Source: a virus
DNA: 64,000 bases
Strand: one strand, 5' to 3'
IMG/VR virus record: IMGVR_UViG_3300025288_000012
Span: 64,001 to 128,000 of that record
The position numbers and the translations under genes are program-made. This document shows, one piece after another, positions 27,172-36,766 of the stretch. The notes beneath the pieces were generated by a model that saw only the letters and a program-made list of their open reading frames with translations, did no database searches and was not told the DNA's origin. Every line of letters begins with the position of its first letter. Positions within the stretch are counted from its first letter, which is position 1.

Positions 27172-28134
27172 ATGAAATTGACCAACGGTGACTACATCGT
27201 ATTGGACTTGGCCCGGTCGCACTTGGCCAAGGTCGTAAGTGCAGAGAAGCCATATCAGGCTATCTTGGAAAAGGATCGTGAAGGCGAGTTCCAAAAACTC
27301 AGCCCTATCGAGTTCAAAATGTCTGAAGTTCTTGCCAACTTGGGTCGATCACCCAAGGCTGGTTCCGTGCACGGTGTGAAGGTTGAGCCTTTGTTCCGCA
27401 CCGAAGAATCAAAGTTCTTCGGTGTAGTTCGAATCTATCAGGACATGAACGACGAACGCTACTCTGCGTTCCGTAAGTACATGGTTGCGTTTGTTAAGAC
27501 CATCAAACAGAAGCGACTTGATGGTGCTAAGATGGAACTCGAGGTAAGACCTGTGTCTGGAAAGTACGCTGGATACTACAAACACCGTCCTAAGCAGGAC
27601 GCAGACATCCTGTGTGTACGTCCCAATGAAGTACTAGATGGTCTGCAGTATGTATTTGCCCATGAGTACGGTCACAGTATTCACAACCGTATGATGCCTC
27701 GTAATATCTGGCTTCGTTGGATCAAACAGTACCACAACCACATCTCTATCACTGCCGTTGACGACGCTGAGTTGGTACAGATACGGGAAGAGATCGAAGG
27801 CGTACGATCAGTCGCTGAGTACCTTCGTGACTGCACCGACGATACCAAGCCTGTTATCCGTGCCTGTCTGAAGTACATATCCCAAGTGCATGGACTAAGC
27901 AAGCACCACATCGAAGCTATGCTTGGGTCAGACGAATCGTTGGAAAACATCTGGCCCTCTGCTATTGAACTGTCTGACAAGGACATGGTTATAAGCGAGT
28001 ATGCTGAAAAGTCTCCCGAGGAGTTTTTTGCTGAATGCTTCGCCTTCCATTTCCTGGGTCGCATATTACCTAAAGCCCTAGTGTCTTTGATGGAAAAGAC
28101 CCTGTCAAACTTAGTACACCCGAAAGGCAATTGA
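27172..28134 (+). CDS. zincin-like metallopeptidase-domain protein
   Basis: FAHEYGH (HExxH) and SEYA..SPEEFFAE. Confidence 0.65.
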   Translation: MKLTNGDYIVLDLARSHLAKVVSAEKPYQAILEKDREGEFQKLSPIEFKMSEVLANLGRSPKAGSVHGVKVEPLFRTEESKFFGVVRIYQDMNDERYSAFRKYMVAFVKTIKQKRLDGAKMELEVRPVSGKYAGYYKHRPKQDADILCVRPNEVLDGLQYVFAHEYGHSIHNRMMPRNIWLRWIKQYHNHISITAVDDAELVQIREEIEGVRSVAEYLRDCTDDTKPVIRACLKYISQVHGLSKHHIEAMLGSDESLENIWPSAIELSDKDMVISEYAEKSPEEFFAECFAFHFLGRILPKALVSLMEKTLSNLVHPKGN

Positions 28135-28135
28135 C

Positions 28136-28657
28136 GTGGGTAGTGCAACCTTGCTTGCGGCCTCTCAAATTCAGGAGCTGAAGGGCTTCCTTGGTCTTGT
28201 CGTAAGCAAAATTGACAGACCTATCTTCGTAGTACCTAACAAAGAAGTCATGCTGACGGCTTTACGAACTGTGCAGCTTTCTCTCACTAGCGTCTGTAGC
28301 GTCTGCATACTTTCACTTGAAACGCGAGGGTCTGAGCTAGAGTCGTACCTAGATGAAGAAAGTTGTAACTCCTTGCGAACTCGCCTAGACTACGTAACTC
28401 AAAGCTTAGACTTCTTCAAGCAACGTTCCCCTGTTGCGTTGTTCCGCACACACGGCGTACCAGGTGGAAGTGAAATAGGTGCACTACTGGACATGTGCAG
28501 TCACACATGCTTCTCGGTTCAGGCCTTACTTAAGGCAGACTCGTTAGCTGCAACCTACTTTTCTTCTCTTGCCTCACTACTTTACGAAATTGCTCGATAC
28601 TTGAATGCCTCAGTTGGGCAACGTGAGCTAGAGTACACTGTAAAAATGAGTCTCTAG
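28136..28657 (+). CDS. divergent PduO-type cobalamin adenosyltransferase-like protein
   Basis: ELKGFLGL, VPGGSEIGALLDMC, LASLLYEIARYLN; N-terminal TxTGD motif not seen. Confidence 0.5.
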   Translation: MGSATLLAASQIQELKGFLGLVVSKIDRPIFVVPNKEVMLTALRTVQLSLTSVCSVCILSLETRGSELESYLDEESCNSLRTRLDYVTQSLDFFKQRSPVALFRTHGVPGGSEIGALLDMCSHTCFSVQALLKADSLAATYFSSLASLLYEIARYLNASVGQRELEYTVKMSL

Positions 28658-28671
28658 CACGGATTACGAAA

Positions 28672-29418
28672 ATGACCACAACTCGAACAACTCGGAAAGT
28701 ATCTAGCACTTCATCCAAACCTAAGATGAAGATCGAATCGCTTGCAGTGAAGTACCGTCCTAAAGTATTGGAGGACTTGGTAGGACAGCCACACCTAGTC
28801 TCACAGCTTCGCGGCATGTTCAAGGCTGGCAAAATACCAAGTGCAATCCTTCTGGCAGGCGAATCAGGTACGGGCAAGACGACTACTGCTCGTATGATTG
28901 CACGTTATCTGAACTGCAATAACCCTGATCCAGCAACACATGCACCTTGCGGTGAGTGCATAAGCTGCAAATACGGTGATGGTCACCCTGACTTCCTTGA
29001 AATGAACATGGCCGATGCCCGAGGCATTGACGACATTCGCGGCCTTATTGCCTCGTCCAAGAACATGCCTGTCATGGGTGAGAACCGCATATTTCTTCTG
29101 GACGAGTGCTTCCCCCCAGATACAGAGATTGAGGTAGAGCCCGGTAAGTTTAGAACTATCAGCGATATATGCTCAGACCCTCAAGACGTAAACGTGCTTT
29201 CGTTTAATCATGAAACTGGTGAAGTTGAGAGTAAACAAGTTGAAGCGAAGCTCCCAAAACCATCTGATGACCGAGAAATGGTTGAAGTCATTCTAGCGGA
29301 TGGCTCTGTCCAACCTTGCACTTCAAATCATAAATGGTGGAGTGTAACACGGGGCATGATGGTAGAGGCCAAGGATCTTATGCCCGAAGAGGAGTTACTT
29401 GTCATTTACGAGTCATGA
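28672..29418 (+). CDS. dnaX: DNA polymerase III gamma/tau-like clamp loader, N-terminal part plus split-intein N-half
   Basis: KYRP..DLVGQ, GESGTGKTT, C..PCGEC.SC, IFLLDE|CFPPDT. Confidence 0.92.
   Translation: MTTTRTTRKVSSTSSKPKMKIESLAVKYRPKVLEDLVGQPHLVSQLRGMFKAGKIPSAILLAGESGTGKTTTARMIARYLNCNNPDPATHAPCGECISCKYGDGHPDFLEMNMADARGIDDIRGLIASSKNMPVMGENRIFLLDECFPPDTEIEVEPGKFRTISDICSDPQDVNVLSFNHETGEVESKQVEAKLPKPSDDREMVEVILADGSVQPCTSNHKWWSVTRGMMVEAKDLMPEEELLVIYES
29107..29418 (+). mobile_element. split intein N-half (103 aa) in DnaX
   Basis: CFPPDTEI block A, CTSNHKW block B, then TGA. Confidence 0.9.
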
Positions 29419-29480
29419 GTCCACTGAACAGTTTACCTTCTCGGTAGTGACTTTCTCAAACCCATTTAGGAACCTACACA

Positions 29481-29621
29481 ATGCGAGTCTCAACCATCAA
29501 GGTTTCGAGTGTACGCCACATCTCCATTGCGAGCAACCAGGTATTTGACTTAACAGTTAAAGACAACCATAACTTTTTCGTTCGCCCAAAAGGAGCAACT
29601 GGTTCTGTATTGGTTTCAAAT
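29481..29621 (+). mobile_element. split intein C-half (47 aa) in DnaX
   Basis: VFDLTVKDNHNFFV block F, ends LVSN, +1 Cys. Confidence 0.88.
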
Positions 29622-30359
29622 TGTCACCAAATTACTCCCCAGGGAGCGCAGGCTCTTCTGAAACCTTTGGAAGAACCACCTGCGTCTACCTTGTGGATAT
29701 TGGCCACTACAAATCCTGAGAAGCTACCTCCTACTGTTCGCGGTAGATGCCATCAGTTTGAAGTGAAAGCCATAGCTCCTAACGAGCTCTCACGACGCTT
29801 GAGTCGCATTGCCCGTCTTGAGGGCATTGACACCAAGGCTATTGAGGACTGGTCAGGCATAACAAAGATCATTTCCGACCTTGCTAATGGCAGGATGCGT
29901 GACTCTATTCAGATGCTGGAGAGCGTGATCTTTGCACTCAACAGTGGAGAGGACGTTGATCCGCGTTCTGTAATCAAGACCTTCCTAAACTCTACTGAGG
30001 CTGAGCTTGACGAGAGTGCAGCCCGACTGTTGCTGGGCATAATTCAGGCAAACATGAAGGTGTGTCTGAAAGAGATTCGTGGGTGTGGTAATGCTCGTGG
30101 CTTGATGAACAAGCTGCGCTGGTTGATTGTTTACCTGACTGACAACTCGGTAGGGCTGGCTAAGTTCACCCCGTGGTCAGGCAAGGCATTTGCAAAGCTT
30201 GCACAGGGTACCGGAGTGCGGATAAACCTAGCCCTGCTGCTGAACCTCCAGTCGCTGTTGATAGAAATGGAATTCCGTTTCAACTCACTGAGCCTTGAGG
30301 AATCAATAGTCATGAGCGCTATGCTGGCTGACTTCATTACCAAGAGAAAGAACGAGTAG
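29481..30359 (+). CDS. dnaX: DnaX clamp loader, C-terminal part
   Basis: SN|CHQIT..AQALLKPLEEPP, LATTNPEKL..TVRGRC, GRMRDS. Confidence 0.92.
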   Translation: MRVSTIKVSSVRHISIASNQVFDLTVKDNHNFFVRPKGATGSVLVSNCHQITPQGAQALLKPLEEPPASTLWILATTNPEKLPPTVRGRCHQFEVKAIAPNELSRRLSRIARLEGIDTKAIEDWSGITKIISDLANGRMRDSIQMLESVIFALNSGEDVDPRSVIKTFLNSTEAELDESAARLLLGIIQANMKVCLKEIRGCGNARGLMNKLRWLIVYLTDNSVGLAKFTPWSGKAFAKLAQGTGVRINLALLLNLQSLLIEMEFRFNSLSLEESIVMSAMLADFITKRKNE

Positions 30360-30364
30360 GCGGC

Positions 30365-32731
30365 ATGATTAAATTACTCAAACTTGAGTTATCGAATGTA
30401 GTGTACTTCAAACAAGCCTCAGTTAGACTCGATAGGAGCAGCATAGTATTTATAAGAGGCCAGAACAAAGATAGCGACCCAGCAAACCCAAGTTCTAATG
30501 GTGCAGGTAAGTCGTTGCTTATGTCTACGATACCTAACGTGTTTTACTCTGCTACACCGCTATCCATAAAGAAGAAGTCGCGTAAGGACATATTAGGTAA
30601 AGGAAGTAGCGTTTCACTTACCTTTAGGTCTGAGGATGGCTCGAAGTACAAAGTCACCCAGTCTCCTTCAAAATACCAAATAGTGAAAGATGGGGAAGAC
30701 TTAGACATAACTCGCATACCTCTAGCTGAGGCGATGATTAGAGAGTTGTTCCCTCTATCCGAGGTACTGTTCTACTCAACGTGCTTTGTATCTACCCAGC
30801 GTCCTTTTCCTTTTCAACAAGACTCTGACAGTGCACGGCTGGAACACCTAGTGGACATGTTCAGGCTAGACCAGTACGACAAAATACGCGATTACTTCGC
30901 ACAAAAGCTGCGAGCTTTGAAGGACGATGAAGTAAAGCTATCGGTGCTTGAGCAGCGTGTGGTTGTTGCCAGTGACAAAATCAAGGCACTACAAGCTATC
31001 CTGGACAGCATAGACAGCAAGTCTCTAAAGTCCAAGAGTGAAAAGTACGAATCTACACTGAAAGCATTGGAGTCAACTCAGTACGAACACAAGGCAGAAC
31101 TAAATGCCTTGAAGACGTTGTACGATGTTGAGGTAGAGCTTGATTCCCTTCGAGCAGCGTACATGTACACTACTCCACCGGACGAAACAATAGCGTACTT
31201 AAAGTCTGTACGTGCAGACGTTAGGACCTACGAGACGTACAAGAGCAAAGAGGAACAGTACAAGAAGTCGTCAGCCTCAATAACTAAGAGCATCAAAGCC
31301 CTTAAACTGCCTGACCGAACAAAAGAAGAATGCTCCGAGCAGTCGCAGCTTTTCACCAAAGAGCTTTCCTCAGCAAAGACTCGTCTGAAGGTGTCAGAGG
31401 AAAAAAGCGCCCGTTACAAAAAGGTAGTGACAGACGGTAAATCTGTAGCCGAAGATTTACTTCACGTAGGTGTGGACGTCAAGCATGGTGACGTAGTTGA
31501 TCTGAAAACTGATCTTGAGTCGCAGCTGTCAATCTACAAGACAACTCTTAAGCTTGAAAAGCTGCTGAAGGATCATGACCACGAGGGTGGGGTAGTATGC
31601 CCCACATGTCTTAGCGACATTGACCTTGAAGGTACCCGCAAGGCTGCAAGTGATGCCAAAAAAGCTATTCCCAGACTAGAACAAAAAATTCATGCGCAGG
31701 AACTGTACCGATCGTACTTAGACCTTAAGGTAAAACTCAAGGAGATAGACTTCCGTAAAGCAGCTCACGATAGGCTATCTTCCAAAGTAAAGGAGCTTGA
31801 GGCTGCCTTAGAGCAACTCGGTCTAGACCTTGACGTGTGGCTTCAGCACAGTACGTACACAAAGACTCTTGCTTCACTCGAGCGTCCAACTAAGGTCGCG
31901 ACACCCGTTACTGACCTATCCGTACAGGATATTGATTCGCATCTTGAACTGTGTGCTGACATTAAGAAGCATCTTGAGGCAAAGTCAAAACTTGTACAGA
32001 CTCACCCAACTCTGGCGAGGCTGAAAAAAGCCTCTAACATTAAGAAGGTAATGAGTAGCGTTTCTGCCTCACTTGCAGAACTTGAAGTAACGCTCTCCAA
32101 GACACGAAAGTCGCTTGCCTCAGCTTCAATGAAGCTCGACAACTACACTAATACTCAACGTGCACTCGCACTACACGTAGAAGACCTAGAGTCAACGAAC
32201 GCCTCTATACAGAAGCTAAGCCATTCAGTTTACTCCAAGCGCCTTCTGGAGCTGCTACTAAAAGCGTATGGCGCAAAAGGTCTTCGCACCATAGTCGCAA
32301 ACGAAATATGCGGACTTATCGAAGCAGGCATGAACCACTACCGAGGCTTGGTTTTCGCTGAGCCTTTTGTGTTCAGCGTTCGTGCCTCAGAGCAAGGGCT
32401 TTCCATAATAGTGGATCGAGGTAACGGTAAAGTTTCAGACGTTAGGTCATTAAGTGGTGCCGAATCGAACTTCTTCCGCATGTTGTTTGTACTGTCAGTG
32501 TTACCACTTCTGCCTTCGGATAGGCGCACTAATTTCCTAATCCTAGATGAACCGACTTCCCATGCCGACGAAGTGTCGCGGGAGATATTCAAGGAACGTT
32601 TCCTACCAGCAATACAGCAGATAGTACCACATACTTTTGTCATTAGCCCTCATGAAGCCGATTACATAGAAGGCAGCAGAGAATGGTTAGTGAAGAAGCA
32701 TAATGGTATTTCTGAACTTATTGTTGTCTGA
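30365..32731 (+). CDS. sbcC: SbcC/Rad50/gp46-like SMC ATPase
   Basis: NGAGKS, Zn hook CPTC, LSGAE signature, LILDEP, long coiled coils. Confidence 0.9.
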   Translation: MIKLLKLELSNVVYFKQASVRLDRSSIVFIRGQNKDSDPANPSSNGAGKSLLMSTIPNVFYSATPLSIKKKSRKDILGKGSSVSLTFRSEDGSKYKVTQSPSKYQIVKDGEDLDITRIPLAEAMIRELFPLSEVLFYSTCFVSTQRPFPFQQDSDSARLEHLVDMFRLDQYDKIRDYFAQKLRALKDDEVKLSVLEQRVVVASDKIKALQAILDSIDSKSLKSKSEKYESTLKALESTQYEHKAELNALKTLYDVEVELDSLRAAYMYTTPPDETIAYLKSVRADVRTYETYKSKEEQYKKSSASITKSIKALKLPDRTKEECSEQSQLFTKELSSAKTRLKVSEEKSARYKKVVTDGKSVAEDLLHVGVDVKHGDVVDLKTDLESQLSIYKTTLKLEKLLKDHDHEGGVVCPTCLSDIDLEGTRKAASDAKKAIPRLEQKIHAQELYRSYLDLKVKLKEIDFRKAAHDRLSSKVKELEAALEQLGLDLDVWLQHSTYTKTLASLERPTKVATPVTDLSVQDIDSHLELCADIKKHLEAKSKLVQTHPTLARLKKASNIKKVMSSVSASLAELEVTLSKTRKSLASASMKLDNYTNTQRALALHVEDLESTNASIQKLSHSVYSKRLLELLLKAYGAKGLRTIVANEICGLIEAGMNHYRGLVFAEPFVFSVRASEQGLSIIVDRGNGKVSDVRSLSGAESNFFRMLFVLSVLPLLPSDRRTNFLILDEPTSHADEVSREIFKERFLPAIQQIVPHTFVISPHEADYIEGSREWLVKKHNGISELIVV

Positions 32732-32761
32732 CTTTAAATGTAAAAGATAGTATCAAACAAG

Positions 32762-33616
32762 TTGGAGTTTCAAATGCGGTGCTTTGGTGTTTCTAATCAC
32801 TCCCCGGAAACTGTTCTGGACTTCCTAGTGTCTAAAGGCTCAATAGACGCAGCTTCAGCAGTTTCCGTAGTCCCAGTTGGGAAACGCTTGTTGGAGAAGC
32901 CTCCGAAGCGTAAAGTTCTCTTCATAGTGCAAATAGCAGACCTATTCAGGAATCTTGCGGTCCTTAACGGTGCTAACTACACTAACGCTGAAGTTTTCGT
33001 GTTTGCCTCACCACTCCGCATAAATGAACTTACTGGGTGTACACCTCTAGATACTACACCGAGCGCAGCATCCAAAGGTGTAGGCTTCAATTTGTTGCAC
33101 TCGCTCCAACTGGCTAAGTATAGAGCTGCCCAGAAGAAGCCACCGTGCCCAACTGCGAGAGCCACTACTAAATACTTGATCATCCTTACAGATAACGTCA
33201 AGCATGGTTCACTTTTGACCCCCCTAATGACGTTCATCTACACCTTGCCAAAGTCTACGCACCAGACACCAGTTAAGGAGGCAGTTGCTAGATACTTCTA
33301 CGGTAGTAGCCTTACGTCCGTGGAATCATTTCTGGCAACACTTCTGTCTGAAAACAACTTGACTAAGATCAGAGATATTCTGACTTCAGAAATAGCTGAG
33401 TCATACCGTGCTGCCATGAAGTCCATTAAGACCGGCGAATGCACACTTCCCTCAGCCTGCACCAAATTCAGTGTAAGTGACTACGAAATAAAGTATTTGC
33501 AGTCCATAGTAATATCAATGAAAGGACGAAAGCACTTACGGGGCAAGTCACTTCTAACAATCCAGAAATCGGGGTTGCGTCCAAGTTCCGCCTTAACGAA
33601 AAAAGCAGGAGCCTAG
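32762..33616 (+). CDS. hypothetical protein
   Basis: 284-aa ORF. Confidence 0.7.
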   Translation: MEFQMRCFGVSNHSPETVLDFLVSKGSIDAASAVSVVPVGKRLLEKPPKRKVLFIVQIADLFRNLAVLNGANYTNAEVFVFASPLRINELTGCTPLDTTPSAASKGVGFNLLHSLQLAKYRAAQKKPPCPTARATTKYLIILTDNVKHGSLLTPLMTFIYTLPKSTHQTPVKEAVARYFYGSSLTSVESFLATLLSENNLTKIRDILTSEIAESYRAAMKSIKTGECTLPSACTKFSVSDYEIKYLQSIVISMKGRKHLRGKSLLTIQKSGLRPSSALTKKAGA

Positions 33617-33617
33617 A

Positions 33618-33959
33618 ATGAGTTCTATAAAACTATACCTAGACAAAACTGCGGCCGTTAGTGCACGTTCTAAAGTTGAAAACGTAGCTGACGACCTTAA
33701 GCTACATTCGTTGAATACTTTTCTTGATGCTCTAAAGGAAGGTCTTGATGACTCAGAGTCAGCGTGTCCTGCAGCAACTGCACAATTCGATTCTATGATT
33801 AACTCTATGTTCTCCGCCATAGCCCGCAAGATCAGGGAGTCTGACTCTAGTGGAAGGCTGTTCTCAATCGACATATCTTCCACTACTGACCCCAGCTCTA
33901 ACAAGCTGACCTGGACATTCGATTTCCACGCTGACCTTCGCAAAGTTCCAAACCCGTAA
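33618..33959 (+). CDS. hypothetical protein
   Basis: 113-aa ORF. Confidence 0.65.
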   Translation: MSSIKLYLDKTAAVSARSKVENVADDLKLHSLNTFLDALKEGLDDSESACPAATAQFDSMINSMFSAIARKIRESDSSGRLFSIDISSTTDPSSNKLTWTFDFHADLRKVPNP

Positions 33960-34033
33960 AAAATAAATTTTACAAACACCTCGGTTTTGTGTACAATGAC
34001 ATTGAGGGATTGTATATCTCTAGTTACGGGTTG
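33951..34033 (+). promoter_or_regulatory. sigma70-type promoter A with UP-like tract and conserved leader
   Basis: TTTACA(33969)-17 bp-TACAAT(33992); leader TTGAGGGATTGTATATCTCTAGTTACGGGTTG. Confidence 0.8.
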
Positions 34034-34074
34034 ACAATTTATCCATCCTCAATTTTATCGAAGGAAGAAATACC

Positions 34075-34518
34075 ATGATGACCATCGCCGCAGCCGCTGC
34101 TGAGTACGAGTACAACATTTGCAAAATCTTCGTAGTGACCGGGCTTGCACACCCAGTCTTTTTCGAGACTATCGAACCTAGGGTAACCGCACTGGTCAAC
34201 CTTATTTCTGACCCTGCAGTTGATTACCGTACCGTTTCTTATGAGGAACGGGCGTCGATGGGTTACGACAGCGACGAGTCGTGGGCATTGGAAGTGTTGC
34301 ACACTGGTGACCATTTCTCTGCTCCTCTGTACTATATGTGCTGTATGGATAGGGCAGTATTAGAGAAGCTGGCCTTGGAAATTTCAAGGATGCTGCCTTC
34401 GTATTCACTGCGACTGTGCCGTTGGGCTAGGTTCCGCTGGATTATGGTTAACCAGAAGATCACACGGGACTTCCCTCTAGTACCGTATTCAGACAAGCCT
34501 GAGGCTGAGTGGGTTTAA
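34075..34518 (+). CDS. hypothetical protein (probably early)
   Basis: RBS GAAGGAAG; directly downstream of promoter A. Confidence 0.7.
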   Translation: MMTIAAAAAEYEYNICKIFVVTGLAHPVFFETIEPRVTALVNLISDPAVDYRTVSYEERASMGYDSDESWALEVLHTGDHFSAPLYYMCCMDRAVLEKLALEISRMLPSYSLRLCRWARFRWIMVNQKITRDFPLVPYSDKPEAEWV

Positions 34519-34527
34519 GTCTTGTCT

Positions 34528-34558
34528 GGGTCTAGCTGTAAGAGCTAGACCCTTTATT
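34528..34558 (+). terminator. stem-loop/terminator
   Basis: GGGTCTAGCT-GTAAG-AGCTAGACCC-TTTATT. Confidence 0.7.
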
Positions 34559-34585
34559 CTTCCTTCACTTGTTAAGGAGCTCCAA

Positions 34586-36145
34586 ATGGCATTCGTCAAA
34601 ATCCCCCGATCGTACTTCGCTAAAGCAAAACTTGAATACTCCGACTGGCGCTTCGCCTGGTTTCGTGAGGTTGTTCAGAACTCAGTTGACGCAGGCTGCT
34701 CGACCATCAGGTTTACAACTAGGGTGTTTCCTGAAGGCAACCTTTGTGTGTCTGCTACCGACGATGGCACTGGAATGTCCGAGGACATCATAGTAAACGT
34801 GTTGCTGGCCTTGGGTGAGTCTGCCAAATCTGGTGAGGACCCAGTTGGTGGGTTCGGCATGGCAAAGAACTTGATTTTACTCGCCCATGAAAGCTGGAGT
34901 GTAATTTCGGGCAGTACCAAAGTGTCCGGTGTGGGTGGAAACTATGAGGTTGACAGCCTTCCCAACTACCAACTTGGTACCCGGATAACCGTTACACTGG
35001 ACGCGGCTGATAGCTCTCCCGTAGAGTTTGAAAATGCGTTACTGCGTCTGGTTAGAAACTCCAACTGTCCTACCGTGGCTATTTACCTGAACGATGTTCT
35101 TCTGGAACGCAACCAGGTTGAATTCGACTACGAAAAATCTTTCCCGCAAGGCTTGCTCTCTTTCTCCGATTCCACTTCTGACGTTCACTCCTTATGGGTT
35201 CGCGTTAATGGAATCCCTATGTTCGAGTACAGGCTGTGGAGCAAGTCCTCAAAGGCGTTCAGAGCAGTGCTTGAGCTTAAGGACAGCCGTTCCGTACTTA
35301 ACGTAAACCGCGATGGTCTTAAGTCTGATGCACAGCGTGACCTTAACGAGCTGATTCACAGCCTGTCTGAAGACTTGTCTACGCTTAAGCGTGCAACGCT
35401 GCAGTTCAAGTTCGTCGTAAACCCGAACCCGAACCCGCAGTTCAAGACAATCTACTCTGACCGTAAGTCACTGGCAGTTGACGATGCCTTTTCAGATGAA
35501 GCAGAACGTACTGCCTCAACACTAGACAAGCTCAATGAGAAGCTCGGTAAGACTATGGCCGATGCTGCGTATCCACTAGATTTTCAGGTTCAAGTTCACA
35601 GTATCTCACTTCGTAAGTCTCGAAAGGACACTGAAAGCATTTCACTTAGGACCATCAAGTCCATAATGGTCAATTCCATGACCAAGAAGCTCGCCCATAC
35701 GTGGATGGTCGCCTGCAAATCGCTTTTGTCGCTACCCAGATTCACCGACTCCGAGCTGGTTGTGTTCGAGAGTAACGCACAACCCGTATGTGTTTCTAGT
35801 CTCGGTTTCGACCCTACGACTGAATTTCACCACAAGGACAAGCTGATAAAGTTTGGTTTCATCTTTGACGCTAACACACAGGCCTGCTGCGTAGAGTACC
35901 CAAACAGCATTCACTTCTTGCTCAACCCCACTATCTTCAACGATGACTTGCCTTGGAAAGGCCGTATGGTTGTTGCAAACCTTATGGATGTTGCCTTTCA
36001 TGAAGTTTCTCATGTGTACGAGCCTAGCCATGGACCGGACTTCTGTTTGGAGGAAATGAAGCTTCGTAGGCAGTACAGGGCAAAGTTCTACGATGGTCAG
36101 ATCTACAATGTTGCCCATAGACTTTTCGTATCCGTAAAGGATTGA
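34586..36145 (+). CDS. GHKL (HSP90/rIIA-like) ATPase with C-terminal HExxH
   Basis: REVVQNSVDAG, DDGTGM, GGFGMAK; AFHEVSH..H. Confidence 0.8.
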   Translation: MAFVKIPRSYFAKAKLEYSDWRFAWFREVVQNSVDAGCSTIRFTTRVFPEGNLCVSATDDGTGMSEDIIVNVLLALGESAKSGEDPVGGFGMAKNLILLAHESWSVISGSTKVSGVGGNYEVDSLPNYQLGTRITVTLDAADSSPVEFENALLRLVRNSNCPTVAIYLNDVLLERNQVEFDYEKSFPQGLLSFSDSTSDVHSLWVRVNGIPMFEYRLWSKSSKAFRAVLELKDSRSVLNVNRDGLKSDAQRDLNELIHSLSEDLSTLKRATLQFKFVVNPNPNPQFKTIYSDRKSLAVDDAFSDEAERTASTLDKLNEKLGKTMADAAYPLDFQVQVHSISLRKSRKDTESISLRTIKSIMVNSMTKKLAHTWMVACKSLLSLPRFTDSELVVFESNAQPVCVSSLGFDPTTEFHHKDKLIKFGFIFDANTQACCVEYPNSIHFLLNPTIFNDDLPWKGRMVVANLMDVAFHEVSHVYEPSHGPDFCLEEMKLRRQYRAKFYDGQIYNVAHRLFVSVKD

Positions 36146-36744
36146 CCATGACCCATAAGTTCATAGAACCTGTAACCGCTGGCGTGTACTACGACAACGG
36201 CTGGTCCAAACCAATGGAAGTAGAAAACCTCGTACTTGACGGTATCGTTCTGCAACCTATCGAAAATCGGCACCTGTTCGGTGCTGACGGTACCTGCAAG
36301 GACCCTGAGGTGTTTGTGAAGTGCAGCATAAGGAGACCTTTGAATCGCTTCACCGGAGACAAGCTCACTGACAGTCTCTTGTTCTCCTACAATCCTGATG
36401 CCACTTTGGTCAACACGTTGTCTTACAGTTTGGCTCGTATGCGTTCCACAGTTTGGGCTTATCACTTGGACAAAGTGGAGTCCTTCAATGTGTCACAAGG
36501 TGATCGGAAGTTTGCCCTCCGATTGTTCCATCCCTTCTCAACCAAAATGTTCAACTGGTACGTCGAAAAACTTCTGGATATTCGACACTTGAATTTCTCG
36601 GCACAAAGCTCTGGTCTAGAGTACCTTACGGAGTTGCCTCAATCCATCGACTTGTGGTGGGATGTGGAGAACGACGTGATTCTCACCTTCGATAAGAATT
36701 ATGCTCTGCATCTGACTGATATGCTGAAACGATCAAACCTGTAA
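36142..36744 (+). CDS. hypothetical protein
   Basis: 200-aa ORF, 4-bp overlap with the upstream gene. Confidence 0.7.
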   Translation: MTMTHKFIEPVTAGVYYDNGWSKPMEVENLVLDGIVLQPIENRHLFGADGTCKDPEVFVKCSIRRPLNRFTGDKLTDSLLFSYNPDATLVNTLSYSLARMRSTVWAYHLDKVESFNVSQGDRKFALRLFHPFSTKMFNWYVEKLLDIRHLNFSAQSSGLEYLTELPQSIDLWWDVENDVILTFDKNYALHLTDMLKRSNL

Positions 36745-36766
36745 TGAAAATACTCTGCTCTCAAGG

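Noticed and set aside
29419-29480. Sequencing frameshift splitting a contiguous DnaX mini-intein
   Set aside because: Stops are present in both relevant frames (29416, 29425; 29448) and there is an RBS before 29481, so at least two independent errors would be needed. Read-level confirmation is still advisable.
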